In this document: one piece after another, positions 1 through 13,500 of the stretch
Numbering within the stretch: the first letter of the stretch is position 1
Layout: each line of letters starts with the position of its first letter
Origin: Zygnema circumcarinatum SAG 698-1b
Lineage: Eukaryota > Plantae > Zygnematophyceae
DNA length: 64,000 nucleotides
Assembly: GCA_037447605.1 (NCBI GenBank)
Contig: CM074808.1
Location: 2,790,001 to 2,854,000 of the forward strand
Direction: 5' to 3'
The notes under the pieces: generated by a model
Told to the model about the DNA's origin: nothing
Databases searched by the model: none
What the model saw: the letters and a program-made list of their open reading frames with translations, nothing else
Position numbers and translations under genes: made by a program

Positions 1-203
1 CTGCTGAGCTCTTCAGCAATGCAAAAGCACACCCGAACATGGCGGATAATGCAAAGTTGGAAAAGTAAAAAAGGAAGGGGGGGGGGGGGTCACTAAAACC
101 GCGACTTCTGAGTAGAACTTTGCACTGCAAGGCTGTTCTGCTGAGAGGTAATCATCCCCAACACTAGCAGGGCAGGAGTCACATGCCAGTAATGAACTCT
201 TAC

Positions 204-3200
204 CTTCCAGAGCCTGGCTCCTTGCCGATAATGTACAGCTTCTCACTCATGGCTGCATCCACAAAATGTACCGACAGTTTGGAAATGCCACATTCAAGTG
301 ATGAAATGATGAGATAAAATGATGTAATCATAGTAACATGAGATGAGATGAGATGATGATGATGATGGGATGAGCATCAGGGAAAATTTGTAATGGACAA
401 AGGTACTTCTCTGTCTGAAAGGTACGTCTCATGACAGGTCTAGGTTGGAACACTCTAGCATCATCCCAGCAAATGCAAGCAAATGATTGTCTGGGTTCAT
501 TGATGATAGAATACAGTGGGGCTACTCTCAAAAAATCCTTATGGATATACGCTTCGAAATGTATCCGCCATCTGAAAATCACGGTGAAATTCCTCACAAT
601 GTGTTACCCAGTACATTCGCTTGTAACCCTTGAAACCAAAGAGAATATGAAAGGGTACCCTACTGTAAGGGTCCGCCCTTACCAGATAGAAAGGGGTCGG
701 CTCGATCCAAAGCTTCAGTTGAACCTGAAGCCATGATCTGACACATGCAAAAACTCACGTCCAGTTTTTTAATCCAAAAGCAAACTTCAACAAGAGTGGC
801 AGAGAGATAAAATCAGCAGCTTCATAATGTCAGGCATACACAGTGAAAAGATGAGGCAATTCTTCACCTATCCTTGGCAGAACTTTTAAAAACATTTAAC
901 CTTTGAATTGAACGAGCCTGCAAACAAGCGACAGACCGCTGTTATCTATCATCAGTGGGACAGACAAGCCGCAGTCCCATGAGTAATTCAATTCAGTTTT
1001 ATCAACCGCTATGCAGCCCACGCCAAAGGAGCCAAAGGCGACGACCCTCCAAAAAGAGACCAGGGTCGCACAAGAGAATGAACCCACTACTTACAGTAAG
1101 AGAACCCGCAGCAGCGCGAGCCACCCCTCCTGAAACAGGCGCGTCAACCAGCTGCAAACCTCGTCCCAGCCCTGGCACGAAATCAAGCAAAACATTGCTC
1201 GTCGGAAGACAATAGATAGTGCTTGAATACTGTTAGAGCAAGAGAGGCAAGTGCACACACAAGCATAAGGAGGAGTGTTCATGTAGTGGGGAAAATATTA
1301 GAATAAGCATTTATAAACCAGCCTCGAAAGGATGGAAAAAACATCCCGGTCGGTGGAGTAAAGTCTGAAAGGCTCAACTTCTTTCAGTCAAGCGACGTGT
1401 TGGATGCAAGAGTTGATAATGTAAATTCCAGCTTTTTAACTTCTTCAACATTCGACAATTTTAGGCTTAATATAGAGGTCATTTATTGGACAGTTCGTTA
1501 ATCAATTCACCAGCTCTTCTCCCAGTTGAAAGAAAAAACAAACTGCTCTTCTTGAAAGAATACAAGTTCGCTCTGAGATAAGAAAGCATGCCCAATTCCT
1601 TTCAGAACACTTCTGAAAATCAGATACACACTAGTTACAAGCGTGGCATTAGATAGATCAGTCTATGAAAGACGCTACGATAGCAAAAAATCTGCTCTTT
1701 ATGTAGGAGAACTCTTTAACTATATTTCACATCATGCAGTTCGATGAAGAAGTGGCCTACCATTCAAGCGTTGATGGAGAGACCGGGCATAACTCGGAGG
1801 AACAGTTGAACATAGCACCACCACAGCATCATTCGCCAGGCCTGTTCTGCATCATGGGTGAATCTTCAGTGACAAATCATACTGCTCTGCAGAGTAAAGA
1901 GCTAATGAAAGCTGCTTGACTAGATACAGGGAAAAGGAGACCTTTTTTCATTTCAAGATTGCTTATAAAATTAACTTGCAGTTCCTCAACCCGTTTATTC
2001 GCAGCTTTTTTATATCAGCGTTGCATGCTTACAAATAGAATCGAAAGGGCTCCTGTAGGATGGTGATTTAATTCCAAGGATGTGGGCAACGGCCATACAT
2101 CTTTCCAAAAAAAAAATCTCTGAATCCGTTTACCACCTAAGTTTCCAACTTAGACCAACACTGTGTGAAAAATGTCTAATCGCATGAGTAATATCTCGTT
2201 CGGTAGTCAAAATGCGACGGGGTGTAGCAGATTCGGCCTCACCAGTAGCCGCTCCATTTGTTCCCCACAAAACGTCATCAGCTTGTTGAAAATTTGTCAC
2301 CATAATGATTAAAGCAGCCGCACCTGGCTTCCAACCCCAGAGTTGACTGCTCAGGACTTCTATTCATGTTTAAGAATGAAAAGCCTTAAGTTGGCAACCT
2401 AATGAACTGCCAGAATTTGACCCAATGCTTAGTCCCCCAAACACTCAGGGTACTACTCGAGTCTCTAAACTACAACAGAAATAGAAAGGCGAGTTACAAA
2501 ATGTGCATTACTTAAAAAAAACATGAAGTAAACTCTATTTTCATGCCTTGACAAGGGCAATTTTTCAGGATTTTTTTATTCTTATATGCTATCCAAACAA
2601 CACTCGTGCACCATCTTTGCATTTTAACTCAAGTTTACAAACGAATGATGATGAAATAGAGTTATTGAGCCTCTACAGAACGACCCTAAAGAAATCTATA
2701 AGTTGGCGACTAAAGAACAGAGAAAATGAAAGTGCAAAATGTGTGCAAATGACACAGCTATTAGTGTACAAGCTGACAATAAACGAATCTTGGCTCCATT
2801 CTTATGATTCCTTGCTGCTAGTCACGCAGCGGATTTTCAGTGGACTACTACTAACATTGGTTTCTTTCTCTTGCCAATCCGCCACACATTCAGCTGTACT
2901 TCACGCGGGATGCTTTCTTCTAAGTAGTAGCGTCGTGTTACCTTCCGCAGCATGTGCAGGGGAGGTTGAGGATGTAGCACCAGCACTTGCCAGCCGTTCC
3001 ATAGCGGGTGCATACACCTGATTCAGCAAAATGGATAATTTCTTGTGACGCTCATTTTGCGCAAAATTTGCAGCTCAGTCAGCAAACGGCAATTCAGCAA
3101 GTAACATTTCAAAAAAAAACATATACTTTATGTAAATGGACAGGAAAAGATGTTTGGACTTCGTGTGGCTGCTTGAAATAGAGCCTTGGATAACCTTCAT

Positions 3201-3632
3201 GTTTGGTAAAAGTTTAAAAAATGCCAAATTCTAGAAAAACTCTGATAAGTTTCTCCACTTTTGAAAAAAAAAAATTGCCGCCATACGACGTTGGTCTGTG
3301 TGTACAAGATATTTAACACATTTGAATAGAAAAATGAATTTATGGTGATTGCGAATGACTGTTCTTCCGAGCAGCAAACTTTCCGGTTCAACCAATTCCA
3401 CTCTTGAAAATAAAAAACTTGAGTTGGTGCAAAAACTTCTCTCTCAATCGCATAAAAATAGCCCTTCCATATAAAATCACAAAATAAACCTCTTAAAAAT
3501 CGTCGTTTCCAAGCTCACATCAAAGACCCGGACGTGAAAGCCGCTGTTAACCAAAACAGCTGCCATTCCACCGCCCATGGCGCCCAGCCCGATGAAAGCA
3601 ATGTGTCCCCCGCCATGCTTGGACGAAGCCAT
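204..3632 (-). CDS. N-terminal 3-hydroxyisobutyrate/6-phosphogluconate-dehydrogenase-like (NAD-binding) domain; probably the plant multidomain ketose-bisphosphate aldolase class-II family protein; continues beyond the left edge
   Basis: Exons (minus): 3632-3519, 3017-2942, 2323-2243, 1841-1761, 1171-1095, 737-683, 252-204, all GT-AG with compatible phases. Motifs: IAFIGLGAMGGGMA (Rossmann GxGxxG), LCSTVPP, LVDAPVSGGVARAAAGSLTIMASG, AMSEKLYII. No stop codon is reached in the window. Confidence 0.85.
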
Positions 3633-4541
3633 CCCGGCACTCTCTCGTCCAGATATATGAGCGCTGCGCCTTACAAGCTCCTCCCTGCAAGCTCCTTCAG
3701 TCATATATGGCGACGCCTCTGCAGGCTGCTGGTAGCCCCCCTACTAGCCTCCCTGCAACAGTTGGCACTTTGGGGCCCTCCTCAAGTGGTTGAACGCCAT
3801 TACGCAGTTCCGTCCGCCGCTGCTTCGGTTACCGCACGGCGGAACTGTGTCTATGTCCCGATCCATGACAGGTCGTCCGTGGAAGCAGCTGCTTACGTGA
3901 CAGCCTGAGATTGGCTGCGATTTTCAACGGCACCCTCCAACCGAAACCCCTGTAAACCAGCAAAAAGTCAGAGCCGGTCGGCGGCTTGGACGGGAGAGTC
4001 AACGCTAGCGACAAACGCGTGGTGACGGAAAACGGACACGTCAACGTTTTCCGTCGTCTTTTTCGGTTTTCTGGCGGTACGGTACGGTACGGTACCGTCC
4101 TGTACGTTCTCCGAACCTCTCCACTATAACTTCAAACCTGCGATCGCAGATGCCGAACCCATCCGACGTCTCCGAGCCTCTGCCTAACCACCGTCCCCCC
4201 GGCGGGGGGCTGCAGTTTCGACTCAGCTTCTGACCCAAAGCTGCCTTAGTTTTTCGGTTTTACGGTCTCCGTACGAGGTGGCTGGCGGGAGGCGCCCTCC
4301 CCTCTGTTCGTTCGTTCGAACAGAGGTGCAGGAGAGGGGCTGATCGTTTCGCTGCCCTGCCCTGCCCTGCCCTGCTCTGCCCTTCACTGCTGAGCTCCGC
4401 CCGCGCTCCGAGCTCCGCGCTGCTGCGCGCCACTGCGTCGCCGGGGCCCGGACGGGGGGGGGGCTTGCGGGAGGCCCGGAGAGCTTGCAATGTCTGCTTG
4501 AGACGCGGCTGAGGTCGCGCTCAATACGCGCAAGGCATAAC
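3633..4541. promoter_or_regulatory. Bidirectional GC-rich promoter/5'UTR region between the dehydrogenase (-) and RIC1 (+)
   Basis: 909 bp between divergent ATGs. Contains (GGTAC)x4 at ~4076-4095 and a (CTGCC)n run at ~4353-4382. Confidence 0.6.
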
Positions 4542-7500
4542 ATGTATATTGCCTATGGCTGGCCAAAGCTCTTGAGAGTGATTGAAGGCGGGGAGAAGGA
4601 GGCCATTGTTCATGTCAGTGTGGGAGGCAGCTTGCTCGTTGTTGTGTCGTCAACCTACGTGCAGATTTGGACTGCTTCACAGGTAAGCAGCAAGCTGGCT
4701 GGAGGCTTGCTTTTGCGGTAGGACTACCTTTTCTTGTATCTGGAACAGTGCTTGTCTGTCGTGTGGGGCTGGAGCTTACGAGGATACTTGTGGGGTTGCC
4801 AAACGCGATGCTTTCTCGTGCCATTGCCATGCAAGTTCTGAGAGGCGTGCAAAATTAGGGTTCCATGCCAGCTGTTGCCATGTTCATTATCTATAGTATG
4901 CCCTGGTAAAGAATATTCGCCATAAGTGGTATGTGCAGCATCGAATTAGGGTTGGAGAGTACGAACGGGATATCAAATCGCTAATCGCAGACGGAGCTAA
5001 CGTACAAGCCCTTTGGAATGCTCACATTGAAACTTTAGCTGTTCTGGTAAGTTGACCGCCAGAACCTATTCAGATAGTCCTTTCAGAAAGAGATAGCCAT
5101 GCAATTGTAATGACTGTGCCCCACTTGAACTTAGCAGGGTGCATTTGATGTTTGCAAGGGGCTTTGCCGCGTCATGAGCGATCTGCTGTGGCATGCTTGA
5201 AAGCTGGATCAAAATATAAGGGTTTACAATGGATGCATTCAATTCACTGTCTCCGGCCTCCATTAAATGCAACCATGTACGCTGATAGTCGAGTTTTGGG
5301 AGCAACTTATCCAATTAGAGCAGTAGTTTTGCTTCTTTTGTTGTAAGGACGATGGCGCTTATTACGATGGATTTGCACTTGCAGACTGCGGGGAATGTCG
5401 TTCACTTTTATGATGTCAACACAACAGACCAGCGATTACGGCTTGTTGGCCAGGATTCTCCAAGTTTGCCATTCGTGAGAGTGAAATTCAGAAACAGTAC
5501 CAATATTCCTCTTTTTGGTGATGGTATCGTGATGTAAGTTTGAATGTCCCACTTGAAGGACCTATCTGGATGATGTTTGAGGCCACGTCTTTCCAAAGCC
5601 TCGCCAGATCGTATCCTTTCTTTTGAGAATCCAGTGCGGGGATATTTTGTCAAACTGTCATAGGGAGGGTGAGACAAAGACGAGGAGAGTGGTCGAGGCG
5701 GGGAGAAGAGCGGAAAACAATGGAGGAGAGAGAAAAGTTAGGGTAAAAGGAGGAATGAGAGGAGAGGTCAGAGATGTGGGACGGGGGTATGGGCGGGGAA
5801 TAGCTTATCCAATAACTTATGCAACACTTGGAAGTTATTGCAGTCGGTTCCTTGCAGCACTGTTGAGCTGTCCTCCAACTTTGCACATTATCATAACGTC
5901 TTTGCAATCCTGAGGAGGTTTTGCATTTATGAGGAGGTTGGTGGGATTGGTGGATTCGGTGCTTGCAGTCATGGATTTGCTGCTGACGATGACAACATCC
6001 TCTTAGGTCTCTCTAATGGACGTCTTCACCTCGTTTCATGGCGAGGCCAGGTATGGACTTTCCGAGTTCAAAGGAAGGCGAAAAATGGTATAATGATGCA
6101 TACAGAACTAGAATCGTGTATACTTCGACTTGCTGAAAGTATGATTCGGCTGTTGCTCAGCAATTGCGAACCTCTACGATAAAAGTGAAGAACATAACAA
6201 TCAGTTTTGAGAGGTTATGGATCGTGGAATTTTCTGGTCGCTTGCTTCTACTTTCACTTTAGCTGACCACCTAGAGTTCCTTTGTGCAGCTTCGCGGGAC
6301 AGCAGACTCCTGGAGGCAAAATACGAAAGGAGTCCTGGGGCCCATGTATTTGCCAGAGGCCAATGGGTTCCCAAGCACTCCCATCTCGCCTGCCCTTGCT
6401 GTCATTCCTACCTTCCCAACAACCGCAAGCAATGGGCGTAGTGGGGATTTTGGTGCAGCACAATTGGAATATTCAGAATCATTGGGTTTGCTGGTAGTTG
6501 TGCTTCTTGATGGGCGTGTGCTTCTCTGCTCAAATGCGGAAAAGGGCTTGAGACCAGTTGAAGACATCACTCCAGAAAAGTGGGTGGGAGTGGTGGATGC
6601 TGTCTGTGCTTCAATCGGCAACAAGCAGCATTTTTTGGCGGTGGGGACCAAGAGGGGAACAGTGGAGCTGTTCAATCTTGCAGAAAATGCCGCACATGTT
6701 ATGACCATTTCGTTGGTGGACTGGGGGTAAGCAAGAATGACCTTCGTGGTGCTGAAACACAATGGTTTTGCCATAGTCAGCAAGGCCTCATTCTCATTAA
6801 GGAAGTTTGTGTAGCTGCATCTTTCTTGATGTCTTTCATCTTTCTTGGCTCGTAGTATAAAGCCTTTCGACAAGCAGATTGTGGCTTTGCCACAGTTCGT
6901 TCCCGATTCTCTCACCCCCTTATGTAATGGAGCTGGAGCCAGTGCGCTAGCCAAGGAACCTGAGATCGCATTAGATGTTGAATTTCTGGCAGATGAGTGC
7001 GGTGATGATGGATTACAGGGTTTTGGGCATGGGGCAGCTACTCCTTGGAGGACACAGGCCAAGTGAGCTGCATCGCGTGGTCTCCGGATAACTGGGCATT
7101 TGCAGTGGGTTGGAAAGAAAGAGGCTTAGCAGTTTGGTCGGTGTCAGGCTGCCGCCTTATGTGCACAATACGGCAGGGCAGCTTAAGTCACCACAGTATG
7201 CAGTCTCCATCTATGAAGCAGAGCAGTTTGCTGCTAAAGAATTCAGAGCCCATGGCATGTGGAGTAGCTACACTAGCTTGGGGTGAACATGGATATCAGT
7301 TGTTTGCAGCAGAGCAGGGGAACGCCTCCAATCTAGTACAGTTTTCTTTCGCCAGGGGCTGCATGAACAAGGCTGTGGCAGGGAGTGCCAATTTGTGGCA
7401 ACTTATGCTAGCAGAAGATCGCATACTCTTGATTCAGAGCGATGAAGAAGACGAGTTGAAACTGCAGCACCTGGTTATTCCGGTGAGTGTGGGTTAATTC

Positions 7501-10500
7501 TAAATATGAAGGAGAGCAATTTTCGGATACCTTGTTTGAAATGATTTGTTGCACTGGAGAGAAAGGTAGACAGTCATTCAAACGCACCTCGTTGTGCAAC
7601 CGGAACGCAACCCTTTGAAATACCTTCTGTCAATGAAGTTAAGCTAATCAATTTTCTCAGAGGGTCGCCTTTCCCGCCTTCAACGCGCCCTTTGTCATTG
7701 AACTGCTTAAAAGTTCCAGTTCTGGGTCACTGAGATGTTAGTGCTTGTTGATGAGGGCTGGGCACATGCATGCAGCAAACGTATATGGCCATGAACTGGC
7801 CAGTGATGTATGTCACTGCGAACGATGACGGTTCATACTTAGCGATCGCGGGCAGGAGAGGCGTGATATTGTATAATTTAAAGTCAAAAAAATGGCGCGT
7901 ATTTGGAGATGTGATGCAAGAAAGGGCTGTCGAGTGCACTGGACTTTTGTGGCTTGGGAAGATTGTGGTCGTATGCTGCCATCGGGAAACAACCAACTCG
8001 TAAGTTGCACATCCCTCCATTTCGGTTGATATAATATCTTATGGTACTTTTTGAAATGTAGCAGTTTGCAGGATGGGTAACTGAGATGATGTTTTGCTTA
8101 AGACCTTCCACCAGAAGTATGCGTGCTTGGCTTATAGCTCACTTTGAGACGGATCTTGCAGGGTCGTCTTCTGCCTCTACAAGTTCTCCTTGCTTGAGCC
8201 ATGATTCATGAGCTTACTGAGTTTTGTGTCTGTTATGTTTACTTTTACATGGTGTATTTCATAGCACGTATTCCACTGGAACATGTATCACTTTTATTTT
8301 CTCAATTGAGCAAGGAGCGTGATTTCACAATTGTTGGAGAAATTCCACAGGCACAAACTTTTCCAAGTTTGCTTGTTCTAAGTGGGCTCTCCAGTTAACA
8401 AGTTTTCAGCGTTGCTGCCAAGTCCAGGCCAAGTTGCACTGAAGAATAAAGACCTTAATCCATTTGGGCCCAACAGATCTGATGTGTGTAAATCTGTGTC
8501 GGTCGATGTATGGACTGGGTCCCATAAGAACAAGGAACCAGGACATTTTGACATCTTGTTCGGGAAGGTTGCTTTCGACTTCTTCCATTTTGAATTTATG
8601 GGACATTCTCTCGCATTTGGAAAACAGAATTGGTGGCAATGAAATTGGTGGGAAGTGAAAGGGTAGGGGGGTAAGGCTTCAGTTTATTGCTGAATGCAAT
8701 TTCAATTGAAAATTGATGACTTATCTGGTTGTTGTATCCCTCCTCCTTGCCGTCCTTCACTCCTATTTCTCAGATATGAACTCAGTCTCTATCCACGCTA
8801 CCATCTTGACGAATCCTCCTTGCTCTATCGACAACTGCTCCCTGCGAAGCCATTGGCATTGGATTCCTGGCAGGATTACATCCTTGTTGCCACGCCTCCA
8901 TTCGAAGTTCGTGTGTTCCATTTGACTATTGATGGGGAGCTTTCACCACTGAAGCATCCTACTGTGCAGGTACAGATGCTTGGTTGATCTCTTCATCCAC
9001 CGTTGAGCAGAATGCTTAGAAGGTTCTTTGGCTTTCCTGTTACCTTCTTATCTTTTCAAATGTTAGTGTTGGCTGGTTTCCAACCGGCGAAGGGTGATTT
9101 CGAGAAGAAACTATAGTTTGCTTTATTTGATTTCTGGACAGTTGCACACTGTTCGAGAGCTTTCAATAATGAGTGCACGGAGGCCAGTCGTCTCCATGAG
9201 GTTTGTGCCCAAGTCCGGAGAGGAGGAATGGGATGCTTCTCGACAACCGGGTTTGACCCGCGCAGGGGCTTCAACAGATGCATTGCAGAGGCAGCCCACC
9301 AGGTAGGCCACCTTCCACTTTTGTAACCTGGGAGATTGACACCGTTTCAGCATCTATGGTGCCCTATATCACTACATAGCCATCCTCATTTAAAGAATTT
9401 GGACATTTTTTTGGGAGCGTAGCAATCGACCCTCTGAATTCCTAGATCTATGCTCCCTTTATTGTCGGAATATTGTGTGGTTTTTTCCTATCCTTTACTT
9501 CACGGGACATTGAATCGATAACTTGTCTTATTGGCGTGTCACAGGTGTATGATTCTTAGAACAGACGGGAACTTATCATTGCTAGACCTGGACAGTGGAA
9601 GTGAACGACCGTTAGTTTCAGAGGTAGAGCATTTTTGGCTCACACAGGGGAGGCCAAAGGAGGAAGCAGCTCTAATAGAGGAGGTCCCATGGTGGGCTTA
9701 TGGACATCGAGGCATGCAGGTAGGCTTGCCGTGTCTCTGCCTGTGGCAGTTTTATCAATCATTGAAGTTCTCGTCGCTGTTCGTTGGATGACTTGCTAAC
9801 TCGTCGTGAATTAGTCATGTCGGCATCATTTCGAAGAGCTCCCACACACTTCTTTCCACGTGTCATAGAAAGACGGCAAAAAATTAGTTTCCAGTTATGA
9901 TGTGACGTTAGAAGTATGCCCTAGTATTCCAAACACATTATGCAAATTTGGGGAATCAGGAACGTAAGTCATGTGATGGGACATTCCTTATCGTCCAAGT
10001 ACTCGTTTTTTTTTTTTGTAAAAAAATTAACGATTGATCTTATTGTTGAATTGAAAGAATGCTTGTACTTTCCGAGGTCTGTGCTTCTACTGTTCTCTGA
10101 TTCTGCGGTTGGTTATAAAACCATTCGTAAAGAATGAACACGGAATGCTTTGAACTGTATGGCCAGAGATTTTGGCCATAAGGGGGCATTCATATGTTAA
10201 GAAACTGCTGGAGAGAATTGGTGGGAACACAGGTCTGGTATCCTTCACAGCAAACTGATGTCTCTACGCCATCAGCTGATCCTCAGCAGGTTGGCCTTTC
10301 CTTACTTTCCTCCTGGACTCTTACTGGCTGGACATCGGTAGGCTTGGGCAAAGCAATAAGATTAAATGATGATGACTCCAAAATTATTGTCACTCAATTT
10401 TGGACTTTGACCATTGCTGGTGCTTTACCTTGAACTCTTTTGACATTAAAGAAGGTGTATTTGGTAGCCGATAGTATTTCGACGCGTACTAGTTGTGAAT

Positions 10501-13500
10501 TCTGGCCGTGAGAGGCTGGGGATTCGCCAATGGAAAGAAGGACTCTGTCGATTTGACTGAATTTCTAATCCCGGTGTTTCATATTTTTTGAGGTAGGTTT
10601 CTTTTGGTGGAGATGTGTCGAAGCATGTGTGTGTGGGAGCATGTGTGTGTTCCCCCTCTTGAATGATCGGGGCTGACTGTCCTCGCGTGCTGGTTGACTC
10701 TTGAGCAGCTTGACCCTGAGCTCGATTTCGATCGTGAAGTTTACCCATTAGGAGTATCTCCAGCTGCTGGAGTCATTGTAGGAATATCGCAAAGGCTCTC
10801 TATTTCCCTCTGTTCCGATTTACCATGCTTCGAGCCTACTCCACAGGCTCAGCCTATTCTACCGTGCCTTCTACGACACCTCCTGCAGGTAAGTCGGCTA
10901 TTTGGTCAAAGCCATACTTGACGGCTGATTAGGTGCACAGAGGGTTGCGTCATCACATCGCATTTGAAGGCGTTTATGTAGCTTAATTGCTAGAACGAAT
11001 TCTGTGAATAAATAATCCTCATTGGAGTAGCTGCTGAACCTTGGGAGAGTCTTTTTGAATAGTTTCAATAACAGCGATGGCTGAGAGTGTATGTAGTGAA
11101 CTTGACTTGGGAGCGAAAGTGAATTTGAGTGCCTGTATTTTACAGTGACCTCCACAGCGTCGTCAGGCAATAAGCAAGTGATATATTTGACTTACGCTGC
11201 TTACCATAAAATCGTGATGCGACAAATTTTCACATGTGATTTCTGTCTGGTTTCATGACAGAGAAACAAATTAGAGGAAGCAGTGAAGTTAGCAGGATTG
11301 TCAGCAAGTCGGCCGCACTTTTCACATTCTCTTGAATGGTTGCTCTTCACCGTCTTCGATGCGGAGATGGCTAGGTGAGACTCCCTTTCCAAATTTCCTG
11401 TTACTTGAGACACTGAAAAGAGCTGTGGGAGCAATATTGTAATGACACTTGACTCTACTTAAACAGGCTTCGTTTATTCACCAACACAAGTAATGGAGGT
11501 ACTAGACTATATTTGCAATTGCTTGTACCCAGACTGCAGTATTGAGACGAGCTTATGTCTCTCCAATTCTGAGTAGGTTGAAAAGCTTGGGTTGCGACGT
11601 TAGAAAGCTTAAATCTCTGCCTCCTTCTACGCTTCATTTGTTCAGAACTTGAGTTATGCTCAAATGTTTCCCCATTACATGAATATAGAGACTCTTCCCT
11701 TTTGCGTGTAGAAGTATTCACATTGAATCCTAAAGCGAGCGCGTTTGTTCTGCTGCATTTTTTTTTTTTACAGCTCACATGGTAAAAGGAGACCAAAGGA
11801 AACGTCGGGATCCTCAATGCTTGATAAAGCATGTGAACTAGTTAGACATTTTTCGGAGTATCTTGATGTGGTCGTCAGCGTCGCACGCAAAACTGACAGC
11901 CGACATTGGGCAGAATTATTTGCTGCAGCAGGCGTTTCCTCACAGTAAGAGCTTTCTCCTTTCCTTGAGGCTTGTTGAGGTCCTCCTCTTGTAAGGCTTA
12001 CTAGAAAGAGTCTGTTGCCAATCTTTTGTGGTTTCTTTCTCGTCTCGACCATTGATCTTGATTGCTTTGGTGTGCTTATGATGTGAGATGCTTTTTGGAA
12101 CTTGTCTGTGAATGGAGACAAAATTGTTGTTAAGGACTTCGTTATACGCCTCTGAATACTCGGAGCTTGACCATATTGCAGGCTTTTTGAAGAGTGCTTT
12201 GATCGAAAGCAGTATCGAACAGCTACTTGCTATATTTTGGTGAGTTTCCGTCAGTCGGGGGACACGCTGAATTTAGTTTAACATTCGATGGTTTTTGCAT
12301 GTTTGAAAAGAATTTTCAACCCCCTCTGCTGATGTAATTGCAGTGCTTTGATATTTGTAGTAACCAAACAAGTTAATGAAAGCCAAAATCCATCTGTATT
12401 ACATTCTTAACGTTGCTTGTTAGGTTGGGAATTGTGGTGAAAATTGGTGGAAACCTCAATGGGTTGGCTACATTTAGCCTTCCTGAAAGATGGCGGGAGG
12501 TGATGGTTGGTTGTGGGTTTAGTTAAAGTATAGAATCTTTTGTTATTGTATAGAAATAATTCCTACCTACTTGCGGGAAATAGACCACCATATAATGAAG
12601 GATGTCTATGAATATAGGAGGGGCTCAGCAGTGTCGAAAGTTAAATATGTCCGATGAACAGGTCTTCTGTTGTTGAAGGAGGTTTCACATACATACGGGA
12701 AGTATGGGGAGATAGAGATTAGTGTTGATGCCCTGACGGGATATCCCCTTATCTAAGCGTAAAAGTCACAAGTTGTTCCTCCCTTCCCGCCTCGTCCTTC
12801 TCACACAGACATCATTGCCGCCTTATATGTACAGGTAATTGACAAGTTGGAGGGCCCCACTGTGGGGCAGCAAAATGCGCTGCGACTGTTGCAGGTGACA
12901 AATCCCTTTCACCTCCTGCAATTGTACAAACCTTAGGCTTCAGATTTTTTTAAAACGTTCAGAAAGTGCGATGGAAGTAGTGTATCTTGTCAACACACCC
13001 CTTGTGAGTTTCCGTATATAACTGTGGCTGAAATCAAAACTGTTTGTTTCAGGCAACTCTTCAAGTGAAACTGTACGAGTTGGCAGGGGAGCTGGTGAGT
13101 CATCGGTTGCCCAGTTACTTTAGATAGTGCTGCATATTAATTATCACAACCTGGCTGCTTTTCTCCCAAAGAAACTTTCAAGATATGTTATGAAGAGGTG
13201 GTATAGGTTGCCATGAGTACGGAAAGTCAGCTCAGCCAACTGCAATTAAAGCATTTCATTGTTATTGTTTTATTCCAAGGTCGTCTGGAGAGAGAGGGAG
13301 TGAGAGAGAGGGAGTCAAAGGCCTTTCAACCCCGCCTTTTATCTCTGAAGAGCTCCATACATCAATAAAGATAGCTTTAATTATGTTCATGTGATTAAGA
13401 AGCTTTGACTGATCCTATTAGCGAGGTGGGATAAAGAGCTTGGCCCTGTTGCTGTGGTGGTTCGGTTTTGCAGGTGAGGTTTCTCGTGAGGTCAGGTCGA

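Noticed and set aside
8382-8658. Overlapping 64-86-aa ORFs in RIC1 intron 7 as a nested gene or TE fragment
   Set aside because: No recognisable motif in any frame.
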